The notes beneath the pieces were generated by a model that did no database searches, had not been told where the DNA came from, and was given only the letters and a program-made list of their open reading frames with translations. This document shows, piece by piece, positions 46,801 to 57,988 of a DNA stretch of 64,000 bases. The stretch's first letter is position 1. Every line of letters begins with the position of its first letter. This DNA is from Massalongia carnosa (lineage: Eukaryota): the NCBI GenBank assembly GCA_965645245.1, contig OZ287085.1, forward strand, positions 124,001-188,000, in the 5' to 3' direction. Both the position numbers and the translations under genes were made by a program.

Positions 46801-47640
46801 GTCCAAAAACTCGTGATACTCCGGCGGCACTACCAACTTTGGATCAGTAGGAGGCCTCGACTCCTTATTCAACTGATCGTCTATGTCCTTCATCGAGATC
46901 GCATAGACTTTTACCGCCTTACAGTGAGTAAGGTATCGGTAGGAGTCTGCACCAATGATGGCTACATCAACCGGTTTAGATGGTTTCGGATCGATCCTCG
47001 GAACTTCCTTTGGGATTGGAGTAGCCTCCGGTTTATCTTCCATGATAGATCGACGCAATATCTTTCGGGGTGAGATCACTGTAGTCAACTCCTCATCCGT
47101 CGATTTTTTATCGATCGTTTCCAGTTTCCTAGGAGGTTCTATCAACTTAGGAGCACCCGGGTGGGTGCAGTGTCCAGGCCAGAACATGATTTTATCGCAA
47201 CTCATGTCCAGAATGACTCCATGCTTTCGCATCCATGGTTTTCCTAGTATCATTTTATGCTGCCCCAGCTGTGTAATCAACAGAGGCGAGATTGTTTCCC
47301 TATGATTCTGCACGGTGAGGGTAGGATAGATGGCGTGGGTGATAGGTTTACCCAAGCGGCCATCGAAACCTCTCACCGGCTTCGGTTTCGTCAATCGCTG
47401 CGGTGATAGTTGCAGTCGTTCACAAATCGTGCGCACCATCTTTTCATCAATAAAAGCATGTCCTGTAGCACCAGTGTCTAACAGAGTAACAAGCTCTATT
47501 TCTTCCTGGTTGCCTAGTTTACATGAAGTAACAAGAGGTTCATCGGTAAACAAATCACCAGGCAAATAAGAGGATGAGATCAAAAGAGGTTTATCATCGT
47601 CATCTCCACTCGCGTCTTCGAGGGAGATCAGTCTTTTTTT
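43828..47640 (-). CDS. pol: Pol of Gypsy C (PR-RT-RH-IN-chromodomain)
   Basis: LLDTGA, YLDD, ETDSSD, SDRGPQF and chromodomain EWEVDDVLD; 1251-aa ORF in the track. Confidence 0.95.
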   Translation of the reverse strand, partial: KKRLISLEDASGDDDDKPLLISSSYLPGDLFTDEPLVTSCKLGNQEEIELVTLLDTGATGHAFIDEKMVRTICERLQLSPQRLTKPKPVRGFDGRLGKPITHAIYPTLTVQNHRETISPLLITQLGQHKMILGKPWMRKHGVILDMSCDKIMFWPGHCTHPGAPKLIEPPRKLETIDKKSTDEELTTVISPRKILRRSIMEDKPEATPIPKEVPRIDPKPSKPVDVAIIGADSYRYLTHCKAVKVYAISMKDIDDQLNKESRPPTDPKLVVPPEYHEFLDVFSKIDSDTLSPHRLHDHKILLEGGKDHGYSPLRSMSQKELEFVKKYLEDNLRKGFIEASHAACSSPILLAKKPSGGLRFCVDYRRLNQITKKDRYPIPLIEETLAQLKEAKIFSKIDIRQAFHKLRMEAASEDLTTFNSRFGAYKYKVLPFGLTGGPASWQHFINDVLFEYLDKFCTAYLDDILIYSRNLKQHRQHVRGVLTKLREAGIQADVDKCEFHVTETKYLGLIISTDGIKMDPEKIKAIMEWSVPTCLREVRSFIGFCNFYRRFIRGFSKLAGPLNALAKKDRIFEWTEACAQGFQDLKDRVVEAPVLAHFDPKLQCWLETDSSDYVSGGILSQMGEDDELHPVAFFSKNMSPAECNYEIYDKELLAIIRCFEQWRPELEGTEIPIKVFTDHKSLEFFMTTKKLTRRQARWAEFLSEFNFVIVYQTGKNNEKADALTRRPNDKPKDEKDERQQHQLQTLLPRNRIELAPIETETEETVQTLEEKVRQGNVTDEDCNNMRQALSAASTGLDSDSENSPALKDCQVKDGLLYKRNKLWVPAQDELKLEVIRQIHDQPAVGHPGVARTLEMITRNYYWPKMEADIKRYVRNCHFCRRAKAPRDKYNGLLRPLSIPEQPWQDISLDFVTGLPLSGEGFNAILMVVDRLSKERHYIPCTTEEHGTTSEATAKLLINNVWKYHGLPSSIVSDRGPQFVSAVWKTMCKILGITAKLSTAFHPETDGQSEIANQEMERHLRSYVNYFQDDWVMLLPMAEFAANACESASTKLTPFMATKGYEPRMSFDVVDLSADTTRERLAKERAQNITERMKKTWEFVHENMKKSQDRQQRVANQNRKEVSYEEGDMVWLSTKNIHTERTSKKLDHKMIGPYRIDKMIGSSCRLALPESMKIHNVFHTSLLRKAAVDPLPGQINDPAPPVVIEGKEEWEVDDVLDARRRRGKVQFRVKWKDHPEDPDWYDANGFENAKEIVEDFYLRYPSKPRWNFAPG

Positions 47641-48908
47641 GACTTCGGCTCAACATCTAACTCGTTAATGATGGCTGTCATCTTTGATTTCTTTTTAGGA
47701 CAGTCCCTTGAGGGATGTCCGACCTCCTTGCAATTGAAGCACTTCCCTTCCCTGCTCAACCGCTCCCGTTCCGAGTCCGATAGATAGGATCCTACGGTCC
47801 AGGACGACAAGGTCGATGGCGATGAAGGGGCACGAGACTCGGTGCGAGCATTTGGTGCCACATAGGTTTTGCTTTCGGTGGTAGCGGTAGGGGTGTTCGC
47901 CGGGACCACTACGCTGGTTGGTTTTTTTCCTTCGGCAAAGCGTTCCATCCTAGCCTTGCTACGATCCACATCCTTCAGAGCCTGATACATGCGCTGGCAA
48001 CGCTGAGCGAACGCATATAGGTCGGTTGGTTCGTGATCGCCGGTGGCTAGCTGACGGCGCATATCTAGGTTGAGCTTGTGTTTCAACTCACCGATTAGGG
48101 TAGACTCATTGTGATCCAACTCGGCGGCCAAACGCTGAAACTCCGCCCAAAAGGTATTGAAGTCCTTTTGACCCTGTCGCAGAGAACGGAATAGGTTCAT
48201 GGCAGTCTGTTTGCGGTTCGGATCTCCATAAATTCGTTCCAAATGATCAAACATTTCCTCTGCAGTAAGAAAAGGTTTGATAGCATTTTTTCGGAGACGA
48301 GGTTCCAAATGGCCCATAGCCTCTCCGCCGACTCGGTTTTCCACATAGGCCTTTTTAAATAGCTCGGTAGGCATATGGTCTTCATTAGCTGCTAATTTGC
48401 TGCGCATTTTAGTCAACCAATGATCGATACTCGGTTCTTTTCCATCGATAAAAACCGGTGGGTCGGGAAGTTTCATCGACTTCCATAAAGATTCTTCGCT
48501 CTGATTGGATCGTGCAGGGGAGCCCTGCAGGTCATGTGGAGGTGGAAATGGTGGTGGTGCATTACTCCCTGCAGGTGCAGTAGCTGCTGTGGCCATCCGC
48601 CGAGCCTCTTCAAGTTCTTCCTTCTGGTATTCAATCATACCTGCTTGGCGATTGATTTTGATCTGACTATCTTCTAAACTAAGCACAAGCTTATTATGTT
48701 CCACCACGACCTCCTCATAGTCTGACTTCATGTCTCGTATTATAGCCAAGACTGTTTCGGCATCCTCCTGCACCCAGTGCCGAAGATGTTGTACTGTTTC
48801 TATCCTCCATGGTGAGTCAGCCCCGGGGCCTTCTTCACCGATGTCTATGGGCGGGATGAGAGACTCCCGTTGATAGTAGGTGGGTGTTTCGTTCGCGGAT
48901 CTAGCCAT
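47628..48908 (-). CDS. gag: Gag of Gypsy C
   Basis: KLPDPPVFIDG and CFNCKEVGHPSRDC; ends at slippery A AAA AAA. Confidence 0.93.
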   Translation of the reverse strand: MARSANETPTYYQRESLIPPIDIGEEGPGADSPWRIETVQHLRHWVQEDAETVLAIIRDMKSDYEEVVVEHNKLVLSLEDSQIKINRQAGMIEYQKEELEEARRMATAATAPAGSNAPPPFPPPHDLQGSPARSNQSEESLWKSMKLPDPPVFIDGKEPSIDHWLTKMRSKLAANEDHMPTELFKKAYVENRVGGEAMGHLEPRLRKNAIKPFLTAEEMFDHLERIYGDPNRKQTAMNLFRSLRQGQKDFNTFWAEFQRLAAELDHNESTLIGELKHKLNLDMRRQLATGDHEPTDLYAFAQRCQRMYQALKDVDRSKARMERFAEGKKPTSVVVPANTPTATTESKTYVAPNARTESRAPSSPSTLSSWTVGSYLSDSERERLSREGKCFNCKEVGHPSRDCPKKKSKMTAIINELDVEPKSKKD

Positions 48909-50835
48909 TTCTATCGCTCTTCCTTACTCAGCTCTGTTGAGTATAGTCCAGTTTCGTTCGTTTTCGGATTGTTATCGGATCTACTATCATATGCTGAGGA
49001 TAGTCCTAGGATTTCGGATCTGGTTCGTGTTTCGGGTGCTGACTGCCTGACGGACTGACATACAGTTGGGTGGATTGTTTTATATCCTCCACAAGGGATA
49101 GCAAGATTTAGAGTGATCTTACTAGTTGTGTAGCACGTCGACCTAGATAGAAATCTAATAGGGACTATGTACGAAAACTAGTAAGATGAAGAAAGAAAGC
49201 TATGTACAGATCGCCGGTTAATAAACACTCATACCCGTGCTAAGCCTAATGCAGGTTTTCATCACCGTCGTTGAACTGCTCATACCACGCGTGTTAATAA
49301 TATCGCTACAAGCAGTACTAAATCCGTTTTCGGTTAGATAAGGTGAATAGCACTACGTCATGTGTTGCCTGAGGTTAGAGCGTTGTAATCCGTGACAAAA
49401 GAAATACTGGATTCCTGGAAGTCATGTGTCAGTTGACGAGCAATTGATTTTATTCAGGGGTAGGAGCTGCCATACTATGCAGATAGCCACCAAGGCGGCT
49501 GGTGTAGGCTTTAAAATCTATAGTTTATGTCAGGAAAATTATCTTTTTGACTTCTTATTTACTTCTAAGGTGAGTAGAAGAGGCCTCAATTTGCATCGTA
49601 CTAATTGCAAGAAAGGTGTCCAAAATTAGTTAGTTAAAAACGCCTGGACAATTGAAATTTCCGACAACCAAATGGGATTTGTCTCCTTCCTCCCTAGTCG
49701 TCATTCAACTGGCTCGAAGTTTACCGTCTGATGAAGACTTGAAATACGTCATCTTTCTGGACAACTTCTTCACAAATACGAAGCTATTCAAAGCTCTGAA
49801 AACCATTGGAATTGGTGCCTGCGGGACGGCTAAATCAGGTTGCGGTTTTCCTGTTGATCTTCTACGTCTGAGGGTTGCAGCCACCAAGAACAAGGACTGG
49901 GGAAAGAAGGCATTGATGACGGTACCTGCAAATAAAAGTAAAAAATCAAATATTGATGACGGGGACATTCTGTGTATGGCATTGGTGGATTTAAACACCG
50001 TGCAATTCATGACCACGGTTTAAACAATTGAGGATTTGAATACTTCTTTCTACAAGAATTCCAATCGACGTCATGGAATTCCTGCAAATTCCAGAGTCAT
50101 CGTTGATGATGAAGAAGAAAAGCTTTCATTTCCCATGCCCATCGTGGAATATAACCAGCACATGGGCGGGTCAGATGGGAATGCATAGCAAAGAGCATAT
50201 TATTCACCTCAAAGATCTGATCGTCACTACTGGTGGTCAATTTTCTTCTTTCTTCTGGATGCAGCCGTTCTAAATGCCTTCAAATTGTGGCGAATTCTGT
50301 ATCCGAATTCAACACTCAGCCATTTGGACTTTCAAAAAGAAATAGTAAATGCCCTACTATCCAATCAAGCCGGTGCCCTACGGAAACGTCCGACAAATGT
50401 CATAGTTACTACTAATCAAGACGTTAATAAAGACGTCGAGTCAACTTGCAAATAGGAGAATTTGAATAAGAAGGACTTTTGTTTGGCCTGCAAAAGGCAA
50501 GTGCCAAGACTTAAACGACGCCGACCACTTGCGGAAATTGATGAAAAATGCACCAAAAGACGACGTGCAAGTCAGACCAGATGGCAATGTAAGAGCTGTG
50601 GACCATGTTGTAAAAAAAAGGCATGTTGGGAAATTTTACATAGCTCATGAGGGGTGATTGAGGTGTTGTACCCATTATCGTTGAAAAGGGAATATCTGAT
50701 AGGCCAGATTAAAGTTATTAGTCATTACCCGGAGACGGCGCGTGTAAAACTGAATATTACCTAAATGGCTGCCAAATTACCAGACGAAGGGATAAAGTTT
50801 TCGAGTTTTGTTTTTGATTATTCAATTTTATATGT

Positions 50836-51256
50836 GCCACCACAGAACGTAGCGAGGAACGCTGGGACTCTAAATGGAAGACGTACCAGAACCGTATTCC
50901 CCGCCTGACTGAGACACAGTTGGGATCTCTCAGTAGGACAAGACTAAAGATTCACAACAACCTGATGAAATCGGAAAGCGCGCTAACGACGCAAACCCGC
51001 ACCAAAAAAATAGGCTTGGCAAAAACTTCCTGTTCAATCGTCGGGTACCGGGTGTTATGGACCCGGCCTGCTCGTGCGGATAGCAGAAGCAGATAGCCAA
51101 ACACATCATTCTACATTGCCGGCTAATCGACTGCAGATACGAAGTGCTAAAACAAATAGAAACTGAAGAAGGGTAGTCGTGCGTGCTAATGGAAAGTGGT
51201 TCTCCGTGATGATAGATGGCGAACTGAGCAGTGAACACACACACACACACATACAA
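50836..51256 (+). mobile_element. LINE 3' fragment (ORF2 C-terminal zinc knuckle + AC-repeat tail)
   Basis: Degenerate frame ...GKNFLFNRRVPGVMDPACSCG*QKQIAKHIILHC, followed by (AC)n at 51235-51250. Confidence 0.7.
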
Positions 51257-51657
51257 ACGTCCGTATGGACCTACGACTGCTTAGACATGAAAAGAACTTA
51301 ACGACTGAACGATTGAACGACTAGTTGATGCACGAAATGAACGTGTGTCGATGACTACGTGACACGACGATGATAATGACAGCGTAGGTGATAGAAGATG
51401 ATGTCTGGAGATGATGAAGAAAACGCCAGCAAAAAACCCGTTTTATCCCTACACAGGCTTGCCATGTCACCTGACCATAGATGACACATGTCGCCCCACC
51501 ACAACACCAACGATTTTCGAACGATCATGAGCTCGTCAAAAATGTTGAAAAAACTACCCACATAGATAATAAAAGCAAATTCGCTAACCTAATTTTCACT
51601 AGCATCGAAACTGTTATACGAGTGATAAGTCTCATTTTATCAAGGATTTCACAGAAC

Positions 51658-51887
51658 TGTAACGATTCTACTCGGCACGACCTCGGCACTCGGCACCGCC
51701 TAGGGCGATCGTAGATGGAACACGTTCCCGCAGCTACTAGAAGATTTCATGACGACTATACCATATGTGTACTAGCGCGGTAGAGGATATATAGGAGTAT
51801 GTTCTAGTTGTCGATTGTCTTTTCTCTTCTTCATCTTTATATTCGTTTCTAGCGTCCCTATGACTTGTCTCTAGGTAGATAATAACA
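51658..51887 (+). mobile_element. Solo LTR (230 bp) related to Gypsy A LTRs
   Basis: TGTAACGATTCTACTCGGCAC...CTAGGTAGATAATAACA; flanks AGAAC/GGAAC (TSD with one mismatch). Confidence 0.8.
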
Positions 51888-51994
51888 GGAACATCGAGCG
51901 AAGAATGTTGTCCAGAAACGGAACACGTTTGTGATAATAGCGCAGTCTGCATAGTTTTTATCCTTTTAAAAGGGTTTCACTGTAAGAATAAGTA

Positions 51995-52062
51995 GATAGC
52001 CCGCATGGGCCGGCCTTCGGTCGGTGTCAGATCGGTTCAAGAATCAATCATTATTATTATCA
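51995..52062 (+). mobile_element. LINE/SINE-like 3' end
   Basis: CCCGCATGGGCCGGCCTTCGGTCGGTG stem-loop with AATC/TTA repeat tail; related to 37720-37800. Confidence 0.55.
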
Positions 52063-52579
52063 ATTTTATATATATAATATAATATAATTTTTATTGAATA
52101 TCCAATTCCTACCAGCACAATAAACACCTATCAGTACAATGAACATAGCACCTACGGCTGCCCTAGATGGGCAGATCATCTACGGAAACCGTAGATGCCG
52201 CATTAGGCTTATTCACAAGATAAGATAAGATCACCTCGCTTAGAAGGGGGTGTCCAGTAATGGGAAAAGATTGCAACCTAGCAACTCTTCATCCTTAAAA
52301 TCACGGTTATACTTACATTTGTTGAATGGCGGTTGCGATTATGGTTATAATGGCTTGTTGGGCTAACTGCGTGGATAGCGGGTAGTCTAATCTTCTCTAG
52401 GAAGGTTTTAGGTTTAGCGTGCTTTGCCCTTTGGTGAAAAGTCTGCTCTTTTCCTTTCAGATAGCTATATAGTCAATGCGATTACCTGCAACCAGAGTCT
52501 CCTTTTAACTGGTTATGAGCCCGGTCAGCAACAAGCTTCCGAACATCAGAAAAGGATATAGCTCTTCGCAAATCGCTAT

Positions 52580-52764
52580 CTCGGCAGCTCGACTACGATT
52601 CCTTTAGGTAGGAAGAATCAGCACCTCGGCAGCTCCTTACGATTCCTATGGTAGGATAAACCAGCACCTCGGCAGCTCCTTACGATTCCTATGGTAGGAT
52701 AAACCAGCACCTCGGCAGCTCCTTACGATTCCTGTGGCAGGATAAACCAGCACTCCCGGCAGCT
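52580..52764 (+). repeat. 43-bp tandem repeat x ~4.3 in the Copia 5' UTR
   Basis: CCAGCACCTCGGCAGCTCCTTACGATTCCTATGGTAGGATAAA; each unit has a small TCCTA-tgg-TAGGA hairpin. Confidence 0.9.
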
Positions 52765-52803
52765 TGATACGACGGATCCAACAAGCACAATCAAATATCA
52801 AAA

Positions 52804-55800
52804 ATGACAACAATCGCAGACGATCTAGCGAAAAGAAGACCCTTGCCCGTTCTGACAAGGGAGAACTATCAAAGATGGTTCGAGCTGGCCGAAATGCATT
52901 TCGAAGCGGAAGGCATCTTTCATACAATAAGCGAGCCACAGCCCAATTCCTCGTACCTTCAGCAGCGAATGGACAAATTAAGCCTTGATGGAAAAGGAAT
53001 AGATAAATCAGGCACACCCCTCACCCGGGAAACCCCAATTATCGATTCGGAAAGATGGAGAAAGGACAACGCTAAAGCATGCTATCTTATAACCATCTGC
53101 TTAAGCCAATTCGATCAAGAACGCGTAAGAGTGATGAAGACAGCGGCGGAAAAGTGGACCTCGCTGTTAAGCAAGTACAACAGCATCCTTCCCACTTCAG
53201 GAAGACATTACCTTCAAGAGCTGGTGTCATATAAAATGAAAGAGAACACCACCGTTCAGGAAGCATGGGGGGAACTTTTGTTGTTGAGAGACAAGGTCGT
53301 CATGGCCACACCCACACTTCGAGACGCATTTCCCACTCGGCAACTATTCCAATTACTCTTACAATCTCTCCCAGCCGAGTACGCGGTCATTAGGGACGGA
53401 ATTGATGCAATTGGGGGAGTAGATGCCGAAATTGGCATAAAAAGGTTGGAAGACAAAGAAATTCAGCTAACACAGGCGAAAGCAGATTTAGCCTTGCTCG
53501 CAAAGCAGAAAGAACAGCGAAGAGAGCAGCGACGGCCTCTCAACCCATCCAGAAGTCAAAGCACATTCAACAACTCCAGGCAGGAGCGATCCAGACGGCA
53601 CGAAAGGTCCTCAAGTGCAAAGAGAGAAACGAAAATCAAGGACAACTCGCAAAAGGGATGCTTAATCTGTGGAGAAGTCGGCCACTGGACCAAAGAGTGC
53701 GAATTCTTGGAAAGCACTCGCAGCCACGTCAGGAGCCTCGCGAAGAAGAAGAAAGAGGTCAATAAAGGCAAATCATCCGTCAAGCGCCATCGGAGCTATC
53801 TCGCTGGCGAGTCAGAAGAAGAGGACGAGAACGATAGCTTCTCATCAGGCGACAATGACGATGATCTAGATGATCTCGAGGAAACTGCGGCCCTCTCCAG
53901 AGAAGCAGTCTGTAAGATTCCCAGATCAAAATGGGTAGCTGACTCTGGCGCATCATCCCACATGACTGACAAGCTTCAGCTCTTTAGCGGACCTCTGACA
54001 AAGATTAGAGAAAGAAGAATAAAGGTCGGCGGGGGAGAATTGAGAGCATGTCATCGCGGTACGTGCGTGATCAAGGATGGGCACGGAAATCAGGGATTTC
54101 TTTCTTCTGTCCTTTATGTCCCCAAGCTAGGGGTTAATCTCTTGTCTGGAAGGCGGATGTGCGAGAAGGGCCTCATCGGAAGTTTCGATCAGCACGGGCT
54201 GAAGATGCATGACAAGCAAGGCAAGGAGATCATGGAGGCACGGCAGCGAGGGGGAGTATATATCGTCGAGAAAATAGCAAAGGATCTCGATGAATTCGCA
54301 TTAACCGCGTCCATGCATCATGACATTGCCTTTCCAAGCAAAGTTGATATTGCATCACTCTCGTCTTCATCAGAGGCGTTAAAGCCGCGCGGCGCGGGTT
54401 TAACATGTCCAACAACACATAACAATATGGAAATCGAGATTGAGTCAACACCCGCACTTAACCCAACCAAGACGGACAAACACTCTGAAACGTACAGGCT
54501 ATGGCATCGAAGATTCGCTCACCTAGGCCGAGAAAAGCTTCGTAACCTGCATAAGGTCACCACCCTAGAAAAGCCTATTCCGGTCAGCAAAGAAGAGGAT
54601 CACATTTGCGAGGTATGCGCGCTCACTAAGCTCACCAATAAAAGAGGCAAAGCGACCGAGCGAAAAACCTCACTTCTGGCTCTGGTCTCCATCGATATTT
54701 GCGGTCCTTTGCCTGCCTCTCGAGAAGGATACACATACTTTTTGGAAATTGTGGACAACTATTCTAGAAAGATATGGTCCATTCCACTCAAAAGGCGAGA
54801 CGAAGCACCAGGTGAATTGCGAAAATGGAGAATAAAAGTCGAATTACAAAGTGCACAAAGACTATTGGCTGTACGGAGTGACAATGCCACCGAGCTGAAG
54901 GCTACTCTTGATGAATGGTGCTCCTCAATCGGTATTATTCCGCAATACACCGTTCCTCATATGTCTATTCAGAACGGAGTCGCCGAGCGAGCAATTCGTA
55001 CCACCGAGAACTCGGTGCGAGCCATGATAAAGGATGCAGAACTCCCAATCGAATTCTGGAAGGAAGCCATGGAAACTGATGCATATCTTCGGAATCGCAC
55101 GGGATGCGGACCGATCATCGACGGCTATGCTAGCACACCGGAAGAAGCCTTCACGGGCGTCAAGCCATCCATTGATCACATTAGGGTATGGGGATGCAAA
55201 TGCTATTCGTACGTCGATCCCAAATCGCTACCCGCGGGGGACAGAAGAGACAAGTTCATGGACAGAGGCAGAATCGGAGTCTTTATGGGATATGTAGAAG
55301 AGACCACTAAACAGTATCGTCTCTGGGCACCCGACATGGGAAAAATCATCAGAAGCCATGTCGTAAAATTTGATGAAAATTTAAAAGGTGGCAGCGTTGA
55401 TTTAAACTTGCGGAAGCAGACACCCAACGTGCTACCAGAAAGACGGCCAGTAGGAAGACCACAAAAGACAAAAGAAACGAAAATCAGCGAACCCGCCAAA
55501 TTAGTAGAAAGATTTTCGCATGTGGAGGTTTCTAGTCAACAGAATCAAACTCATGACCAACCAAACCCGAAAGATGATGTCACTCAAAACGTACCACCAA
55601 TCCCAACTTCCGAAGAGTCGCCCATAGCGAATGATTCAATCCCAGCCGCAGCTGTGCCTAAGGCTAGCACTAGCATATTCTCTCATGTTGCAATCCCGAA
55701 GCGAAAGCGATCTGATGAAGACTCAGTTCCCGAAGAACCGGCTTTCAAAATACCGCGCGCTTTTCTAGCGCTGTTCGCCGACGATAATAACGAGGATGAA

Positions 55801-57472
55801 GATGGCTATCTCAAATTCGAATCTGCCCTATCGGCTGATGCTTCTTCATTTGAAAGAAACATACCCGAGCCTAAGTCTTACAAGGAAGCAGTAAATGATC
55901 CGGTGTGGGGGGAACTATGGAAAGAAGCAGTGAACACCGAGATCAAGGCGCTCATCGGTAATAAGACTTGGAAAGAAGTTGTTCCACCTCCCAAAACGAA
56001 CATCGTCACCTGCAAATGGGTGTTTAAAGTAAAAACCAACCTCGATGGCTCATTGGAGAAGTTTAAAGCAAGATTAGTCGCCCGTGGGTTTACTCAAAAA
56101 TACGGCATCGACTATGAGGACACTTTCGCCCCCACGGTAAGATCAGATACCCTACGTGCAGTGCTTGCCATAGTAGCGATGGAAAACCTGGAATGTCATC
56201 AAGTGGACGTGAATAACGCATTTACCCAATCAACCTTGAAAGATGTCATTTACATGACCGCACCGGAAGGAGTAAACGTTGCCCCTGGTAGAGTTCTTCA
56301 GATTCTGCAAAGTCTATACGGTTTAAAGCAGTCCGCCAGAGAATGGAATAGCCGCTGTACAAATGAGCTGACCAAACTAGGCTTCATTCAATGCTCATCT
56401 GACCCATGCCTATTCACTCATCCTAAAAAGGGAATCATCATATTCATGCACGTAGATGACCTGGTGATCGCCTCCAAAATGATGAAAGAGATCGATTGGT
56501 TCAAGAAAGAGTTCAATGCTGCCGTTAGCATCAAGGACCTAGGAGAAGTGTCGAAGGTTCTGGGCATACGAGTAACCAGAGATCGGAAAAATCGAACTCT
56601 TCGAATGGACCAGACGCATTATCTCAAAGATGTGATGGAGAGAACACATATGAGCGCTGACAAATATAGGCCTACCGAAATTCCAATGAACGGCTATGAT
56701 TCATTGCGACCGGCTGGAAAAGATGATAAGCGCATAGATCAAAGAGAATATCAGCAAATTGTTGGAAGCCTGATGTACGCGGCAATTCATACGCGGCCAG
56801 ATATAGCTTTTGCTCTTGGAAGGCTAAGCCAATATCTCAGTGATCCAGCTGCTCATCACGGTCATGCACTAAAGACGCTGCTTAGATACGTTCGGTCCAC
56901 CATTGACATCGGTATACTGTATGGGGCTGGGGGGAATCATGGCCAAGGCCTCATTGGGTATTCCGACTCAGACTACGCAGCTGATAGGCTCGAAAGAAAA
57001 TCGATCTTGGGATACGTGTACATGCTAGGGGGAGGGCCTATATCGTGGATGAGCAGAAAGCAAAAGTCGGTTGCTACGTCTACAACGGAGGCAGAATACA
57101 TGGCCTTATCAACTTGTGCTAAGGAGGGTTTATGGCTCGTTCAGCTGATGAAAGACATAGGCTTCGAGAAATATTTCAGTCATAACGTCAATATTCGTGA
57201 GAACTTGACGCATCAAGCTGACTCCCCGATGCGGTTAAAAGGAGATAATCAAGCCGCTATCCAACTGGCAAAAGATGCTCACATTCATGATAGATCTATA
57301 TCGACGTTGCCTATCATCACATTCGGGACCTGCACAAGCGAAATCGAATTCAGGTCGAGTACATACCCAGCGGAGAGATGATTGCCGACGGCCTAACCAA
57401 GCCTCTAAATAAGCCCATCTTCAATCGGTTCATTAGTCAATTGGGACTGCAAAAAATGGAAAGAGTAAGGTA
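52804..57472 (+). CDS. Copia gag-pol polyprotein (Gag-PR-IN-RT-RH), frameshifted in the last ~55 codons
   Basis: CLICGEVGHWTKEC, WVADSGAS, WHRRFAH..CEVC, RSDN, QNGVAER, KARLVARG, HVDD and YSDSDYA. After HIHDRS the RNase H tail (IDVAYHHIR...MIADGLTKPL) lies in another frame. Confidence 0.93.
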
Positions 57473-57988
57473 GTATCGCACCGCAGGGGGACTGTTGAAT
57501 GGCGGTTGCGATTATGGTTATAATGGCTTGTTGGGCTCACTGCGTGGATAGCGGGTAGTCTAATCTTCTCTAGGAAGGTTTTAGGTTTAGCGTGCTTTGC
57601 CCTTTGGTGAAAAGTCTGCTCTTTTCCTTTCAGATAGCTATATAGTCAATGCGATTACCTGCAACCAGAGTCTCCTTTTAACTATATTTATTATTACATA
57701 GCCATATAACCATAGAAATATATCTATTTCAACAATTTTTGTTAAATAATTTTTGAAATCTTAAATAAGAATTTTTTGATAATATTTAATAATAATAATA
57801 AGAAATAAATAATCAATATCTTTTAAGTCATTCTGATCGCAATATTAGAAGCAGAGACATTAATAACGTTTATAGACACGCATTTTGACATGTTACAGAA
57901 ACAGACTAGATATCGAGCTCGAGTCAAAGATCAATTAATTTTTCGCATCCTATATAATAATTGACAAATTTCGAATCAAGACAGATCG

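Larger units (their letters stand above)
43477..49397 (-). mobile_element. Ty3/Gypsy chromovirus C, full length, apparently intact; relative of Gypsy A
   Basis: 269-bp LTRs 43477-43745 and 49129-49397 (one difference seen), AAAGA TSD (43472-43476 / 49398-49402), uninterrupted gag and pol. Confidence 0.98.
42801..50791 (+). mobile_element. piggyBac DNA transposon, degenerate, interrupted by Gypsy C
   Basis: TIRs CCCTTCGTCTGGCAATTT (42801) / AAATTACCAGACGAAGGG (ends 50791). Transposase motifs AFLGILLYMG, DYW, MSLRRWEQL, DEQLILFRG, FLDNFF, YNQHMGGSD and a C-terminal Cys-rich domain. Intron ~49570-49616, several stops. Confidence 0.93.
52320..57683 (+). mobile_element. Ty1/Copia LTR retrotransposon, full length, LTRs ending in CT
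   Basis: 191-bp LTRs 52320-52510 and 57493-57683 (one difference seen), PBS GGTTATGAGCCC, PPT AGGGGGAC, flanks ACATT/ATATT. Confidence 0.96.
52092..57734. mobile_element. Solo LTR (~280 bp) split by the Copia insertion
   Basis: T(A)TTGAATATCC...CTATTTCAACA with ATTTT TSD (52087-52091 / 57735-57739). The rejoined halves match the reverse complement of 57989-58500. Confidence 0.85.

Noticed and set aside
52500..52520. Apparent 50-bp deletion at the end of the Copia 5' LTR (3' LTR seeming to end at TTCAACA 57734)
   Set aside because: 57684-57734 belongs to the host solo LTR; the TSDs and the solo copy at 58653 show the LTR ends at AACT.
26360..52764. Short repeat arrays (16, 22, 23 and 43 bp) as CRISPR-like arrays
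   Set aside because: They are head-to-tail with no unique spacers, lie inside LTRs or TE leaders, have no cas genes nearby and are in a eukaryotic context.
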